Position numbers and translations under genes: made by a program. DNA of 63,347 nt, counting the filler, from Octopus bimaculoides (taxonomy: Eukaryota), in assembly GCF_001194135.2 (NCBI RefSeq). It is 6 parts of 5 records of this genome, joined end to end, with 100 filler letters (N's around TTAATTAATTAA, not from the genome) between each part and the next. Parts side by side here need not be neighbours in the genome. Positions count along the whole stretch, not along the records: positions 54,262 to 63,347 come from NC_068985.1; 5 more parts are not named here. One strand, written 5' to 3'. Of this stretch, positions 60,084 through 63,347 are shown in pieces (the first letter of the stretch is position 1; every line of letters starts with the position of its first letter). Below the pieces are notes generated by a model that was not told the origin of the DNA, did not search any database, and saw nothing but the letters and a program-made list of their open reading frames with translations.

Positions 60084-60560
60084 TAGATAGATAGATATGC
60101 ATATAGATATAGAGATATAGATATAGATATATATATATGTACATATATGTTCATACGACTACACACGTATATACATATACAACATACATATGTGGAAAAT
60201 ACATGGCGCGCATATAAAAGTTGTGTATATAAATATCATACATTTGGGTATCTGATTTCTCTTCTGCGAGTTTGATTGTATGCATAAACTTGCTTCTGTG
60301 GTTTTCTATGTCTACTTCTGCGTGCGCACCTATTGCTGCGTCTGTAAATATATTCGCATTTCCAAACCTATCAATATGTTCACAAATATTCTCATAGAGC
60401 TAGATTTAGTAATGAATTCAACAGTCAATTCTACTTCAAATACTTTCGCATATGTAAATATGGAATTGTTCTCTATGATGTATGTATATATTATGCAGAT
60501 TGTGTTTGTAGGAAATCAGAGTGTATTCATAAACCGAAAAAGATATTACTAAAGTATGTC
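58600..60560 (+). pseudogene. Further LRR/TM-like degenerate sequence (locus H), split by a large gap
   Basis: FVLISIPLFIVLFLDFILYLLNLK (TM-like, ~59.18-59.25 kb); MFTNILIELDLVMNSTVNSTSNTFAYV (LRR-like, ~60.37-60.46 kb). Confidence 0.3.
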
Positions 60561-60779
60561 CCTTAATATGTCTCTAGAAACTGAGTGCAAAGAAGCAAAG
60601 AAATAGGTACACGTATATATANNNNNNNNNNNNNNNNNNNNNNNNNNNNNNNNNNNNNNNNNNNNNNNNNNNNNNNNNNNNNNNNNNNNNNNNNNNNNNN
60701 NNNNNNNNNNNNNNNNNNNNNNNNNNNNNNNNNNNNNNNNNNNNNGATACGTAGATAAGTGTGTGTTTCTGTGTGCGTA

Positions 60780-62928
60780 TGTGTGCGCGCGTGTGTGAAT
60801 AAATAAAAAAAGAAAGACAGATAAAAAATATGGCGAAGTGAAACTGAATATGTATACGATGTGAGAAAATTAATCGGAAAGTGGAAATCAGATAATGAAG
60901 CAGTATCAAAATAGTTATGAAAAACCTACAAAATAATAAAAGAAAAAACTAAAAATACAAATATATAAAATAAAAGAATAACACTCGGGGAAAATGTATG
61001 AATGATTTAAGCCGAACCGAATAAAGAAAAATATTTCTCTATTTGAAAGAAATATGCGCTTTACATTATTTTGGAATTATTCCAAACTCCATCGCTGTAT
61101 GTCTTCGCTGTGTTATATAGAATGTAGTGAAATGAAACAGTAAAAAGAATTTGATGTTTAATGTTTAATTTTTTTTTTTTGGCATAAAACCCAGGAAAAG
61201 TAAAGTAGGCTCTAAATATTTTCATTGTCGAATAAAATACCAATTTAGTTTGTTTTAATGAAGCAAAAAATCTAGCAGGTTTAGTAATATTTCTGAGTTG
61301 TTCTGCTATATAATATTTGTATAATTCTGATATTAATTCATGCAAACATATATATGTTGTATTTAACAATGTTACGCGAGACAATAGTTTATACAGTAAT
61401 TATCTGGCGTTATATTCTCTTTAGATCTCAGGAACTGGAGATGTGCTCTAAAAGATGCTATGCTCTCCAGCCATTTAAAAAATGTGATTAATTTATGTGA
61501 GTGAGCACGAGCATCCATCCTGTATAACACTGTCCTGCATTCGAAGGTGGTCTGAATGCCGATACTAATTGCTCCATTGATACTGAAAATTCACGTCGTA
61601 CTTTTTAACATATTTACAGTATATCACACCTGAAATGTTGTCTGATAATGTTCCGTTATATGAGGGCGTTTATACATTGTTTTGCGTAATTGGTCTGCAA
61701 ATAAATGCGACAAAATCAAAACCAGGGTAACTGCAATCACATGCAAACATACACAAACACGTATGCAGGCACTAATGAACAAAATAAAGTGAAGCACTTG
61801 TCAGAATCATGTTGGAAACATGTTATGTGTATATATATATATATAAACGTAGGACTTACATATATGGAGACTAATGAGATGTACTTGCATAGCTAGGATT
61901 TTGATCTAAGATTCTGTTCTGAAACCGAAGTACCTACAGCATAGAAGACAAAAGTTAACCATTCTTAAACACAAATATTCACCGCTCGATACTGGGACCT
62001 GTTCATTGACAAAATGTGCTGCATCTCAATTTTTATCAGTCAACAGGCCGTTATTTCAAGAGACCAAAATTATAACTCCATATTTGTAATAAGTGAAGTT
62101 AATGGTTTTCGTATGTTTTCAATTGCTAAACTGTACGTTCTACGCTGCAATATATACATGCATTTTATTGTCATACACTAGTATCTTGTATGTGTGATTC
62201 TGTATGCGGGCGCGCGTGCGTGTATATGTGTTTATATTCCCAAACATAGCTAATGTGTGAAAATAAATTTCTACTGTTGTAGGATTTTTAAAAATGCTAA
62301 AATGTATAGGTTATTTACTTCTAGATATAAAGCCATTTTCATCTGAAAATAGCAAACATATTCACACTGAATTTCTAAGATGAAATCTTTTAATATTTAT
62401 TAATTGTGTATATGTACCATGGGCTTTGGAATCAAGTTGTGATTAAAATTTTATGGAATATTCCCATAACAACTATAAATAATAATTATAAATATATATT
62501 TTTAAAAAATATAGCCATGAGCTCCGTTTTCCGATAGACAGTGTGTTGTCTTCGTTTGACATATTTGACCCGATCAAAGAAATAGTTGAATGATAGAGTG
62601 AACGGTGAGTAATAAGATATTCATAGCTCAAAGCGGCATCTTTTCATAATGTTGCTAGCTTATTCAATATATTTCTCATTCTGTCATCTATTGAATCTTC
62701 TTCTACGTACTGTTCTAATTGTGCGTAGGAATTCAATTGATAGCCAAAGTTTATTTTACATTTGATAATAAAAGAGGAAGATTTTAATAACCTTTGGAGT
62801 TTGTTATGAGATATTTCAATATGGTGTCTACAAATTGGCGATTTTATGAATATGTACAAACATAATGTTCACACGCACACATGCAGAGACACATATATAT
62901 GTATGTATACTACTTAAAGAAAAATGCA

Positions 62929-62988
<60 letters not shown>

Positions 62989-63280
62989 TATATGCGTGTG
63001 ATTATACCTGTGAGGAAATTCTGTATAGCGGTCGGTGTAGACGCCGATGTTCGCAAGCATGATGTCCTACGTTCGATTTATTGAACCACAATTACGAACA
63101 TCACCCTCGTGTGTGAATTCGATTTTAGTGATATGTCTTCAAATCGCGGAAGGTGACCTGTATAAATAATTCAACTTGAACTACTTATCAACCGATCTTT
63201 CGTGCAGCTTCTGTCACACGTAGTCAAGAAGTTCACTTGGCCACCAAGCATCTCAGAAAGTAGCAAATATTCATCATCAA
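60780..63280 (-). pseudogene. Decayed TLR-like locus E (LRRs - LRR-CT - TM)
   Basis: HHIEISHNKLQRL; YTQLINIKRFHLRN; YKILVYDNK; TFEC.../CSCS/KLITFFKWLES (LRR-CT-like, ~61.5 kb); SVILLFYIFVFLVFSFIIL (TM-like, ~60.95 kb). Confidence 0.45.
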
Positions 63281-63302
63281 ACCCGACATATTGACTTATT
63301 AA

Positions 63303-63304
<2 letters not shown>

Positions 63305-63347
<43 letters not shown>
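63305..63347. repeat. (CA)n microsatellite
   Basis: Directly visible. Confidence 0.95.

Overview
AT-rich, microsatellite-dense, gapped eukaryotic DNA. The SINE families and repeat content look like a coleoid cephalopod, probably Octopus; this is my recognition, not a database result. I can support no intact protein-coding gene: almost every supplied ORF is a microsatellite or N-gap artefact. Five gaps are synthetic 100-bp joins (44 N + TTAATTAATTAA + 44 N), so adjacency across them is not guaranteed. The window has dozens of tRNA-type SINE copies (at least five families), two mariner transposase relics, mariner- and piggyBac-type MITEs, RTE, R4/Dong and CRE LINE fragments, a probable Helitron-type element and an LTR fragment. 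Three unexpected signals stand out. (1) Most non-repeat DNA at 1-16 kb and 45-63 kb translates, with stops and frameshifts, into LRR, LRR-CT, transmembrane and TIR motifs, suggesting a cluster of about 6-9 decayed Toll-like-receptor copies on both strands. (2) There are several type-I hammerhead-ribozyme-like motifs; the best lies at the tip of a roughly 136-nt G:U-rich hairpin, in a small structured element whose 3' motif recurs downstream of a second hammerhead. (3) A 197-bp fold-back MITE has an 8-bp target-site duplication, GGTAC termini (Merlin-like) and inverted TTAGGG arrays. All translations and folds were done by eye; pseudogene boundaries are approximate.
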